A stretch of DNA of 64,000 nucleotides from the NCBI GenBank assembly GCA_964384995.1, contig CAYLMJ010000008.1, positions 1,158 to 65,157 on the forward strand, read 5' to 3'. The position numbers and the translations under genes were made by a program. Below the pieces are notes generated by a model. The model worked only from the letters and a program-made list of their open reading frames with translations. It ran no database searches and was not told the DNA's origin. How positions within the stretch are numbered: position 1 is the stretch's first letter; every line of letters begins with the position of its first letter. This document shows, in pieces, positions 28,312 through 37,062 of the stretch. The DNA is from an uncultured archaeon (GTDB taxonomy: Archaea > Thermoplasmatota > Poseidoniia > MGIII > CAYLMJ01).

Positions 28312-29304
28312 ATGGACTCAAAGGTTAATGAGTGCCCGCCCTTGCCCTGGCTGATGCCCCCGGGCTCCCCCGATGTTGCCGATACTGCTGATGCCACCTA
28401 TCCGACCGAGATTGCCGACCCTGACCCCTCATCCAGCCCCGATTCCGATGCTGATGGTGATATCCATTCTGATGATGAGGCTGAACCCGAACCCGATCAA
28501 GATACTGAAGCAGATGCTGAACCCAAACCCGAAGCAGATGCCGAGGCTGATGCTGGTAGGGAAGCGGACACGGATACACCCTCCCGCGAAGAGAGCCCTG
28601 CACCTCCCGCCAACCTGGGGGAACAGCTGACCCGGGCCTGGCGCAGATTGCCCAAACGGCAGAAGGTCCTTGGGGCCATCTGCCTCTTCAACGGCGTGGT
28701 GGTGGCCATGATCATCGTGGCGCCCCTGATGCTCCCCGCTGATTCGGTGGACTTTGGCGATGAGGGTCTGGTCACCGGCAACGACTTTGCCCAACAGCGG
28801 GAGGCGGCGGGCATGGCCGGCTGGGTGGACTTCATCTACTGGATGGGGGACCTGAACTGCCACCAGAAGCACTCCCGCACCTACGAGCTCAAGGGCAACC
28901 AGATGCCCTTTTGCGTGCGAGACCTGGCCATATTCACCGGCCTGCTGGTGGGGATGCTGCTCTTCTTCCGCCGCTCCCACCCCCTGCCCTTCATCGCCAT
29001 CGTCGCCGGTCTGGTACCCCTGGCCATGGACGGCGGCACCCAGCTTGTGACCTCCTACGAGTCCACCAACAACATGCGCCTGCTCACGGGAATGGTGACC
29101 GGTGTGACCCTGGGAATGGTCATCGCCCACATCGGCACCGACATCTCCTACTCCCGCACCCTGCGCAAGGCCTGGGAGGAGGGCAAGCCCTTTGTCAAGC
29201 CGCCACCTGAGATGCCCCGGCGATACTACCATGTCTTCATCGGAATGATCGTCGCCTCCTGCTGGATGACCGCCCTCAACATCGGCTGGCAGGCCCTGAG
29301 CTGA
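28312..29304 (+). CDS. DUF2085-family membrane protein with acidic low-complexity N-terminus (start uncertain; ORF opens at 28168)
   Basis: Motifs: NCHQKHSRTYELKGNQMPFCVRDLAIFTGLLVG and PLAMDGGTQL. N-terminal E/A/D/P repeat. Confidence 0.6.
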   Translation: MDSKVNECPPLPWLMPPGSPDVADTADATYPTEIADPDPSSSPDSDADGDIHSDDEAEPEPDQDTEADAEPKPEADAEADAGREADTDTPSREESPAPPANLGEQLTRAWRRLPKRQKVLGAICLFNGVVVAMIIVAPLMLPADSVDFGDEGLVTGNDFAQQREAAGMAGWVDFIYWMGDLNCHQKHSRTYELKGNQMPFCVRDLAIFTGLLVGMLLFFRRSHPLPFIAIVAGLVPLAMDGGTQLVTSYESTNNMRLLTGMVTGVTLGMVIAHIGTDISYSRTLRKAWEEGKPFVKPPPEMPRRYYHVFIGMIVASCWMTALNIGWQALS

Positions 29305-29467
29305 GCCCCCATCGGCTCCCTGTCGCCTGGACCCTCCATTGCCCGAGCTCCGATGATCCGGGCCTAACTTTTTATCCCGGCCGGTCTCAACGGTATCATC
29401 CCGGTCCCCGTCCGCTCCGTTTTCCGGAACCTTGACGGCGACCCGACCTTCCCATCAACGTGATCCC

Positions 29468-30049
29468 ATGCACCCTGACAATCCCGCCGGCCTCAAGCCC
29501 GCCGCCTCCCCCAGATCGGCCCTGACGCTCCTGGCATTGGTGGCCTCATGCCTGCTCCTGCTCTCGCTGGGCGCCTCCGCCCGGGCCGAGACCCCCGAGT
29601 TCCTGGACGCCTTCCACGACCCCGATGACCCTGAGAAGAGCGATGATGTGGAGGTGACCCTGCTGATAGACAACGTGGATAACGTGACCGGGGTCGAAAT
29701 GTACGTCTGCTCCATCACCGAGGGGCAGTGCTACGCTCCGGTGGACATGACCAGCTCCGACGACGAGACCTGGGAGGTCTACAACGAGGCCACGCTGAAG
29801 CCGGGCCACACCTACGGCTACAAGTTCATCGTTGAGACCAACGACGGCAACGACACCGAGATACCCGACAAGGACAACCTGGGCGATTACAGCAGCTACG
29901 ACATCGAGGAGCTGTCGGGCACCTACTACTTCGGTTTCGAGATCGAGGCGGAGCCCGAGGACGATGACGACGGTGGTCTACCCGCCCCCGGCCTGCCCCT
30001 GGTCATCGGCGGTCTGGCCCTGGCCCTGGCCCTGCGGCGTCGCCGTTGA
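29468..30049 (+). CDS. Secreted acidic protein with C-terminal LPxxG-TM-RRRR anchor
   Basis: Signal peptide LTLLALVASCLLLLSLGASARA. C-terminal DDDDGGLPAPGLPLVIGGLALALALRRRR. Confidence 0.6.
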   Translation: MHPDNPAGLKPAASPRSALTLLALVASCLLLLSLGASARAETPEFLDAFHDPDDPEKSDDVEVTLLIDNVDNVTGVEMYVCSITEGQCYAPVDMTSSDDETWEVYNEATLKPGHTYGYKFIVETNDGNDTEIPDKDNLGDYSSYDIEELSGTYYFGFEIEAEPEDDDDGGLPAPGLPLVIGGLALALALRRRR

Positions 30050-30095
30050 ACAGACCTCTTAGCGCCTCCTCCCGTTTGTCGTCCGCGCGGTCGGA

Positions 30096-30132
30096 CTTGA
30101 GACGTGCTCTGCTGTTGTGTCGCAGTCTCAAG
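30096..30132. promoter_or_regulatory. 8-bp perfect inverted repeat CTTGAGAC-N21-GTCTCAAG just upstream of a TATA-like ATTTAAAC before copZ
   Basis: Read directly. The TATA-like element is at 30139-30146 and the copZ ATG at 30185. Confidence 0.4.
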
Positions 30133-30184
30133 ACTAGCATTTAAACACCCGGAAGGCCTGCCTGCCATTGACGGAGTAAATAGC

Positions 30185-30412
30185 ATGTTCTCAAAGCAAC
30201 AGGAATTCAAGCTCAAGGTGGGTGGCATGTCCTGCAACCACTGCGTCGGCCGGGTCTCCAAGGCCCTGGAGAGCGTCGAAGGCGTGACCAAGGTCAAGGT
30301 GGACCTGGAGGGTGGCCAGGCCACGGTCAAGGCCAGGGCCGATCAGACCAGCCGGGACGCCCTGATGAACTCGCTGTTGAAGCTGGGCTACCAGGTCAGT
30401 CCCCTGGAGTGA
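30185..30412 (+). CDS. copZ: Heavy-metal-associated (HMA) copper chaperone
   Basis: 75 aa from MFSKQQ. Motif: GMSCNHCVGRVSKAL. Confidence 0.8.
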   Translation: MFSKQQEFKLKVGGMSCNHCVGRVSKALESVEGVTKVKVDLEGGQATVKARADQTSRDALMNSLLKLGYQVSPLE

Positions 30413-30547
30413 GAGGCCTTCCCTCGGGCGCGGCCCCGTACTCATCGAATCCCCCGTTCCATCCCCGCTCGACCACCTCTTGTTCGTAACTCCTTCGTAG
30501 GTTGTTTGTAGCCGGTATGGCTTTCTCACTGCCTTTTCCTGAGTAGA

Positions 30548-30600
30548 CACGGATTACACTGATTTCACGGATAAGAATTATCTGTGTAATCCGTGAAATC
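30548..30600. repeat. Interlocked inverted repeats built on CACGGAT (two alternative 12-bp stems)
   Basis: CACGGATTACAC (30548-59) is complementary to GTGTAATCCGTG (30584-95). GATTTCACGGAT (30561-72) is complementary to ATCCGTGAAATC (30589-600). Confidence 0.8.
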
Positions 30601-30668
30601 TGTGTCAAGAACGAAACCACACCCCATCAACATCACCCCTCTCAAGTATCATGATCTGTTCGGTCGAT

Positions 30669-30685
30669 CTCGCCCGCAGGGCGAG
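30669..30685. terminator. 7-bp GC hairpin CTCGCCC-GCA-GGGCGAG downstream of the SRP RNA (possible 3' end or processing signal)
   Basis: Perfect stem read directly. Its function is inferred from position only. Confidence 0.3.
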
Positions 30686-30719
30686 CATCGGCCCACCACC
30701 GCGTATCGATTGAGCGGTC

Positions 30720-31070
30720 AATCGAGTGCCGGAAAGCCACCGTTGACACCCTGGTCACCAACAACGGGTCCCGCCCCCTTCCTCAGCCCCGTGACCCCGC
30801 AAGCGTCAGCAGTCCATAGTAAGGCTGCTCCCTTCCGGGCCTGACCCGATCCCTACGGCAAAGGCGGTATACTTGCCCTCCGGCAGGCAGGGACCTCCAC
30901 CTAAAACCAAGCGGGACAGGGCGTCGACGGTCAGAAGCGGATCGTTGAAGGCGCTGGTTGCGCCGCCGGTGGTGTTCGGCCCCTGCTGTAGACGATAGGG
31001 CAAGTCACAGGGCACGCCTAGCTCCCCGGCCTATTCCGGCCCCGCAGCATGACCGCCAGGGGTATTTGGC
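30720..31070 (-). ncRNA. Signal recognition particle (7S) RNA, archaeal type (ends approximate)
   Basis: Minus strand reads GGGUCAGGCCCGGAAGGGAGCAGCC (helix-8 consensus; GGAA loop is the complement of 30833-30836). 45 nt upstream is UGCC-GGAG-GGCA (helix-6 GNAR loop; complement of 30878-30881). The 5' CCCUGGCGGUCA can pair with the 3' UGACCAGGG. TATA-like GATAAAGG lies about 27 nt upstream. Confidence 0.75.
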
Positions 31071-31087
31071 CTTTTGCCATCCATGGG

Positions 31088-31096
31088 CCTTTATCG
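31088..31096 (-). promoter_or_regulatory. TATA-like box (CGATAAAGG on the minus strand) upstream of the SRP RNA
   Basis: Position relative to the predicted 5' end only. Confidence 0.35.
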
Positions 31097-31200
31097 TGAA
31101 CGCAGGGGCAGGCAAGCGGGCGGGCAGGCCGGCTTGTGCCAACTTCTTATTTAGGGTCCCCAATCCCTGGCGGTCTTCCCTCCCTCACCGGGTGCCATGC

Positions 31201-33528
31201 ATGACCTACGCCATCCTCATCACCGAAAGCCTGCAGAAGGATTTTGTGGGCCCCCTGGGCCGCTTCGACCCGCTCCCCAACTTTCTCCATGTGGGCCACG
31301 AGGAGGCCCGCCGGCTCATGGGCGAGAACCCGGCCGAGGGTCCCGTCTCCAAGGTCATCGAATGGGCCTACGGTCAGCCCGATAACAAGCTGGCCATCAT
31401 CCACATCCGGGACTGGCATGCCAGCGACGATGAGAGCGATGCCGAGCATATCGAGCGCTTCAAGCCCCACTGCATCGAGAACACCACCGGAGCCCAGTTC
31501 GCCTTCCCCATCTTCGACGAGCATCGCCATGTCGAGATCGTCAATTCCAAGAGCCTGAACGACTTTGTCGGCACCAACCTGGCCCAACTGCTGAAGCCCT
31601 ATCGCGGCCAGAAGGTCAAGGTGGGGCTGATGGGCGTCACCACCGATGCCAAGGTCACCTTCCTGGCCTACGAGCTTCACTCCCGCTACCCCCAGATGGA
31701 GATCGCCGTCTGCCCGGCCATCACCGCCAGCTCCTCCCGGGCCCAGCACTACTTCGCCCTGGAGCAGATGGAGCGTTTCTTCGGCGTCACCATCCTGCCC
31801 TCCATCGGCGAGTTCATCGATTTCCTGAGCAAGGAGGACACCGATTTCACCCTCCCCGCTCCCAAGATCCGCGACCTGCCCGAGCTGACCTTCGAGACCG
31901 AGCACGAGATATCCGACATCGACCGGGGCCTCGTCAGCTACCTCTTCCGCGACTGCTCCAGCGTCGTCCTCTTCGAGCTGTCTGGCGGCTACTCGGGCAA
32001 CATGGTCCTGGCGGCCGAGAGCATCGACCTCAACGGCCATCTGCAGGTGCCCCACGTGGTCAAGGTCGGCCATCACGGCCCCATGGGCCAGGAGCGGATG
32101 GTCTTCGAGCAGATCGAGGCCGTCCTGGGCAACAACGCCCCCCGCATCGTGGACTTCGCCGACTACGGCGACCGCGGCGCCCTCAAGTACCGCTACACGG
32201 CCATGGGCGGCGGCTTCTCCACCACCTTCGACAAGCTCTATCAGTCGGGACTGGAGGACGAGAAGGTCGAGCGCTACCTGCGGGCGGTCTTCCAGGACCA
32301 GCTGGGACGCCTCTACCGGGCGGGGCAGAAGGAGCACATCAACCTGCTGGAGTACTACGGCATCGACCCCGATTACGCCCCCCGGATGCGGGAGAAGGTG
32401 GAGCGGGTCTACGGTGCCCCTGCCGAGGGCAAGGTGCTTACCCTGCCCACCGGCCAGGAGTTCCCCAATCCCTGCGTCTTCTACGAGAAGCATTTAAAGG
32501 AGCTCTATCCCAAGGCCGACAAACCCACCTACCTGTCATTCATCCATGGCGACCTCAACGGCGCCAACATAATCATCGACGATTTCGAGAACGTCTGGAT
32601 CATCGACTTCTTCAGCACCCACCGCGGCCACATCCTGCGGGACTTCATCAAGCTGGAGAACGACCTGCTCTACATCTACACCCCGGTGAAGAACGAGGAG
32701 GACCTGCGGGAGGCCACCAAGCTCACCGACATACTGCTGGGCGTGCAGGACCTGAGCCGCATGCTGCCCCCGGTGGAGGAGACGGGACTGACCAACCCCG
32801 AGATGATCCGCACCTACAAGACCATCAGCCTGCTCCGCTCCATGTACGAGATCCTCATCCACGAGGACCGCAACACCCTGCAGATGCTGGTGGGTCAGCT
32901 GCGCTATGCCGGACACACCTTCTCCTTCTTCGAGGCTGATGAATGGCAGAAGAAATGGGCCCTCTACACCACGGGTCGCATCAGCCACATCCTGACCAAG
33001 CGACTGCGGGACCGGGGCCCCCTGCGCATCGAACTGGTCAAGGGGAAGTACGTTTTGCCCGGTCGGCTGGGGATCACCCTCCTGCCTGGACGCAAGGATT
33101 ACAACCGCAAGATCAGGGAGGACATGGCCACCATGCGGAACAAGGGGGTGACCCACGTGGTGACCCTCATCATGGGCGACGAGTTCGCCCAGTACGGTGT
33201 GGATGATCTGCTGGAGAATTACCGGGAGGGCGGTTTCACGGTCCGTCATTTCCCCATCAAGGACCAGCGCATCCCCACCGTGCGTCATGTCATGGAGCTG
33301 ATGGAGTGGATGGACGATATCATCCAGCAGGGCAACACCATCCTGGTCCACTGCGTGGGAGGCCTGGGCCGGGCGGGCCTGGTGGCGGCCTGCTACCTCA
33401 TCTACCGGGGTCAGACCCCCGAGGACGCCATCGCCGAGGTGCGGCGGGTCCGCTCCGCCAGGGCTGTCGAGACCAAGGTCCAGGAGGAGTTCGTCTACCA
33501 GTTCGCCAGGGAGCTCAAGGCTCGATAA
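31201..33528 (+). CDS. Three-domain fusion: isochorismatase/nicotinamidase-like (Cys to Lys) + APH/protein-kinase-like + dual-specificity phosphatase (HCX5R)
   Basis: Start at MTYAILITE. N-terminal motifs: LQKDF, IRDWH, KPHCIENTTGAQF, VNSKSLNDF, and GVTTDAKV. Middle: LSGGYSGNMV, VVKVG, and FIHGDLNGANIIIDDFENVWIIDF. C-terminal: VHCVGGLGRAGLVAACYL. Confidence 0.7.
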   Translation: MTYAILITESLQKDFVGPLGRFDPLPNFLHVGHEEARRLMGENPAEGPVSKVIEWAYGQPDNKLAIIHIRDWHASDDESDAEHIERFKPHCIENTTGAQFAFPIFDEHRHVEIVNSKSLNDFVGTNLAQLLKPYRGQKVKVGLMGVTTDAKVTFLAYELHSRYPQMEIAVCPAITASSSRAQHYFALEQMERFFGVTILPSIGEFIDFLSKEDTDFTLPAPKIRDLPELTFETEHEISDIDRGLVSYLFRDCSSVVLFELSGGYSGNMVLAAESIDLNGHLQVPHVVKVGHHGPMGQERMVFEQIEAVLGNNAPRIVDFADYGDRGALKYRYTAMGGGFSTTFDKLYQSGLEDEKVERYLRAVFQDQLGRLYRAGQKEHINLLEYYGIDPDYAPRMREKVERVYGAPAEGKVLTLPTGQEFPNPCVFYEKHLKELYPKADKPTYLSFIHGDLNGANIIIDDFENVWIIDFFSTHRGHILRDFIKLENDLLYIYTPVKNEEDLREATKLTDILLGVQDLSRMLPPVEETGLTNPEMIRTYKTISLLRSMYEILIHEDRNTLQMLVGQLRYAGHTFSFFEADEWQKKWALYTTGRISHILTKRLRDRGPLRIELVKGKYVLPGRLGITLLPGRKDYNRKIREDMATMRNKGVTHVVTLIMGDEFAQYGVDDLLENYREGGFTVRHFPIKDQRIPTVRHVMELMEWMDDIIQQGNTILVHCVGGLGRAGLVAACYLIYRGQTPEDAIAEVRRVRSARAVETKVQEEFVYQFARELKAR

Positions 33529-33607
33529 TGAGGGAACGGACCGTCGAGCTTTCGTGTTTTCGGACCATCGGTCATCAGAGGATCAAGCTATCGGATCATC
33601 GTTCGCT

Positions 33608-34471
33608 CTATTCCAGGACGGCGCTGATCACGTACCGGTCAACGTGGTAAGTCCCATCCAGTACCACGAAATCGGCCATGTTCCGCTCCTTCAGCTCGCA
33701 AAGGTGCTCGATGGGATACCAGTCCAGGAACCTCTCCCTGGCCCTGGCCACGATCTCCGGACGGTAACCCAGACGCCTCAGATTGTCCATGGACCGGTCC
33801 AGGCCGCACAATGAGCTGTGGACCAGGACCAGCCTGCCGCCGTCGGTCAGGAAATCCCTGGCCGACCGCTGGATGACCTCGTGGAAGCGGCGACCCTCGG
33901 GCCCTCCGTTGTAGGGAGGCGCCAGGTCCAGTTCCGGGGGGCAGGGCATGGAGGGTGGATTGGCGATTATCTGGTCGAACCGGCGGTCGGCCAGGGGTTC
34001 GAAGAGGTCCCCGATGATGATCTCGATGTCCTCCTGCCGGTTCAGGGCCATGTTCTGCAGGATATCCTCCCTGGCCGAGGGGACCACCTCCAGGGCCGTG
34101 ACGGATCCGGCCCCCAGCATCCTGGCGGCGAGGGCCACCGCCCCGGTCCCGGCTCCCAGGTCCAGCACCGCATCCCCCGGTGTGATATCCAGATTCTCGA
34201 TGGCCAGCTGGGTGCTCAGGGTGGGGCGCATGGTCTCATCGCTGTCGGCCAGTCGAAGGGTGACCTGGGTCCGCCCCGGCCTGTTTTGATACCGGTACTC
34301 GAGAGCCTGTTCTCCATCGACCCGCACCTCCATCGGCACCACTTTCATCGTACTGTTCAGCGGGGCATCGGCCAGCTCAGCAGGAGGCATATCGTGGTTC
34401 GCGGGATCGGTTATCCAAAGACCTCCATCGGAGTGCGCAGGACATGACCGTTGGGTTAAGTGCCTTGCCAT
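33608..34471 (-). CDS. Class I SAM-dependent methyltransferase (HemK/Mtq2-like, NPPS variant)
   Basis: Motifs: VLDLGAGTGAVALAA, FDQIIANPPSMP, and GGRLVLVHSS. Confidence 0.7.
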   Translation of the reverse strand: MARHLTQRSCPAHSDGGLWITDPANHDMPPAELADAPLNSTMKVVPMEVRVDGEQALEYRYQNRPGRTQVTLRLADSDETMRPTLSTQLAIENLDITPGDAVLDLGAGTGAVALAARMLGAGSVTALEVVPSAREDILQNMALNRQEDIEIIIGDLFEPLADRRFDQIIANPPSMPCPPELDLAPPYNGGPEGRRFHEVIQRSARDFLTDGGRLVLVHSSLCGLDRSMDNLRRLGYRPEIVARARERFLDWYPIEHLCELKERNMADFVVLDGTYHVDRYVISAVLE

Positions 34472-34498
34472 GACCTACCTGGTCAATCCCTGTACTTT

Positions 34499-34538
34499 CT
34501 TGCCTTGCCTTGTTTGCTTGCCTTGTTTGCTTGCCTGG
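34499..34538. repeat. 13-bp tandem repeat TTGCCTTGTTTGC x2.6 directly upstream of the methyltransferase start
   Basis: Full copies at 34505-17 and 34518-30, with partial copies flanking. Read directly. Confidence 0.85.
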
Positions 34539-34828
34539 TTCCGGGCCGGGGTTCGTTGGTGAACTCGAAAGGTGGTAATGCTGGAAAATGTGTGGAATCC
34601 TCCCCCTTCCCAGGTCAAAAATAGGTATTTTGTCGCACATACCTTAATATACCAGCCTTGGTGGTCTGGCGTCCACAAGGTCTTTTCCCTGACCGACGCC
34701 CGCCTCCGATAGCTTCTCGATTCAGTTTTTGGGATTTCGCTTTCACGACTCACTGTACTGCTCAATTGGCTTGAAGGCAGTTGGCATGAGGGGCCAGGAC
34801 CTTCGATCAACCGAGAAGGCTGACCGAT

Positions 34829-35155
<327 letters not shown>

Positions 35156-35306
35156 TACGGCATCGACACCATCCGATCCACAGACTCTCTCAATTGAAGC
35201 CAGGGAGCGGTCTTGCTCCTGGCAGTCATCCGTTCGAACCAGCATCAGCTGGAACGTTGTCGGTGAATTGCAACTCTCTCCCATTGCCCGGAGGGTCTCG
35301 TTACCT

Positions 35307-35317
35307 CATTTTTAACG
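35307..35317 (+). promoter_or_regulatory. TATA-like box (CATTTTTAACG) about 27 nt upstream of the ATG at 35339
   Basis: Position and composition only. Confidence 0.4.
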
Positions 35318-35338
35318 TTCCACTTCTGTGAGCGCCAC

Positions 35339-36082
35339 ATGACCGGTCCCGAGACCCTTGGCGCTCTGACGCCCGACCAGAAGAGGGAGCTGCCCACCCT
35401 CTACCTGCGATTGGTCCTCATCCACCACAGCCTCTGGTTCACCGAGACCCAGAAGCGCCTGGGTCTGGAGGCCGCCCTGGAGGCCGAGTCCCAGGCCTGG
35501 CGGCGTCTCCATCCCCGGGTCCGGAAGCGGATGACCCCCCATCTGCGTGCGGCCCTGCAGTCAAAGGACGATATCGAGGCGGATCCCTACCTATCCGACG
35601 AACGGCTGGAAGCCCTGTGTGTGGACCTGGCCAAGACCTGGCTGGCCATGGACGGGGTGTGGTTCCAGGCCGTTGAGAGCATGCAGGACATGGAGACCGC
35701 CATGGCCTGCAACGAGGCCTCCTGGCACAGCTTCGCCTTTGCCGAGGCCCGCCGCCTCCGTGACCTCCTGGACCTGGGACCCAACAGCGGACTGGACGGC
35801 CTGGCCCGGGCCCTGGACCATCGCCTCTACGCCTGGCTCAATCGCCAGAGCTGTCACCCGGTGGATGACCGGACCCTGGATTTCGAGATGAACGAGTGCC
35901 GGGTCCAGACGGCCCGGGAGCGACGGGGCTTGCCCGATTACCCCTGCAAGCAGGCCGGACTCATCGAATACACCCGCTTTGCCCAGGGACTCGACGACCG
36001 GCTCACCACCGAGTGTCTGGGCTGTCCTCCCGACCCCCACCCGAAGGACTGGTACTGCAGGTGGCGCTTCAGCCTTGAATGA
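35339..36082 (+). CDS. Hypothetical protein with Cys-rich C-terminus
   Basis: 247 aa with GC3-rich codons. Contains WLAMDGVWFQAVE and C-terminal C...C...CLGC...C cysteines. Family not recognised with confidence. Confidence 0.5.
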   Translation: MTGPETLGALTPDQKRELPTLYLRLVLIHHSLWFTETQKRLGLEAALEAESQAWRRLHPRVRKRMTPHLRAALQSKDDIEADPYLSDERLEALCVDLAKTWLAMDGVWFQAVESMQDMETAMACNEASWHSFAFAEARRLRDLLDLGPNSGLDGLARALDHRLYAWLNRQSCHPVDDRTLDFEMNECRVQTARERRGLPDYPCKQAGLIEYTRFAQGLDDRLTTECLGCPPDPHPKDWYCRWRFSLE

Positions 36083-36159
36083 AAGCCACATCGGTCCCTT
36101 CGACCCACCCCTCCAACCAATCCTTTAAAAGCCTCAGCACCCTCAACGCTCGAACAGCC

Positions 36160-36936
36160 ATGGTATCGGTCAACATCGAAGAGTGGGAGATGCTCGACTG
36201 CAAGGACGCGGTGATCATCGACGGCTTCCCCAGCGTGGGCGCCGTATCGACCATCGTCGCCTCCTACATCATCGACGCCCTGGGCTTGAAACAGGTGGGT
36301 GTCGTTGAGAGCGAGCTGGTGCCTCCGGTGGCCATCATCAAGGAGGGTCAGCCCCTGTCGCCCATTCGCATCTACGCCTCCCCCACCCGCGAGGGCGAGG
36401 ACCCCCAGTCCACCGAACGGACGGTGGTGGTCTTCATCTCCGAGTTCCCCCTCCTGGCCGAGATGGTCCGACCCATGGCCGAGGCCATGGTCAAGTGGGG
36501 TCTCAGCCGCGGATGCAGTCTGCTAATCTCTCCCGAGGGCGTGGGCAACCAGAACGGCGACGGTCCCGTGGAGAATGGCGATCGGGAGGTGGAGGCCTTC
36601 GGCGTGGCCTCGACGCCCCGGGCTCGCGAGCTGATGAAGGAGACCGATTGTCAGGGCTTCCGCTATGGCACCATCACCGGTGTCACCGGTGTGCTCCTGG
36701 GACTGGGTCGTCAGCACTCGTTCGATGTCATCGCCATGCTGGCCGAATCCCGGGAGGACATGCCCGACGCCCGCGCCGCGGCCAAGCTCATCGAGTGCAT
36801 CAACCCCCTGCTCTCCAAGGTCAACATCGTTCCCGGCCCATTGCTGGATGAGGCCTCCCGCATCGAAGACTCCATTCCCAAGGTCATGACCATTGGCCAG
36901 GTGGTGGAGGAGGACGAGGTCCCGCTGTACGGCTGA
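36160..36936 (+). CDS. PAC2-family proteasome-assembly chaperone (PbaA/PbaB-like) with C-terminal HbYX (LYG)
   Basis: Start at MVSVNIEEW, with TTTAAAA about 33 nt upstream. Motif: IIDGFPSVGAVSTIVASYIID. Protein ends ...EDEVPLYG. Confidence 0.7.
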   Translation: MVSVNIEEWEMLDCKDAVIIDGFPSVGAVSTIVASYIIDALGLKQVGVVESELVPPVAIIKEGQPLSPIRIYASPTREGEDPQSTERTVVVFISEFPLLAEMVRPMAEAMVKWGLSRGCSLLISPEGVGNQNGDGPVENGDREVEAFGVASTPRARELMKETDCQGFRYGTITGVTGVLLGLGRQHSFDVIAMLAESREDMPDARAAAKLIECINPLLSKVNIVPGPLLDEASRIEDSIPKVMTIGQVVEEDEVPLYG

Positions 36937-37062
36937 GGCAATTCCCACCTTGTCGTTCTTCGCCTTGAGCTTATAAGACATAGTATATAGCGGATTGCGG
37001 GAGTTTTAATAATCCGAAGTCCCTGAGCGGATAACTTTCCCTGTTTGCCGAGCGAGGGCCCT

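Noticed and set aside
30593-31200. ORFs 30593-30844 (+), 30806-31015 (-), and the 81-aa extension upstream of Met 31201
   Set aside because: They overlap the predicted SRP RNA and its promoter, and they have poor coding character.
31147-32493. 448-aa minus-strand ORF, plus the 271-aa ORF at 32536-33351
   Set aside because: They are antisense to the three-domain fusion gene and have shadow-ORF composition.
37024-37035. 12-nt identity to the E. coli lac operator core (TGAGCGGATAAC)
   Set aside because: The match is too short and the flanks do not match lacO or vector sequence. It is treated as coincidence, not contamination.
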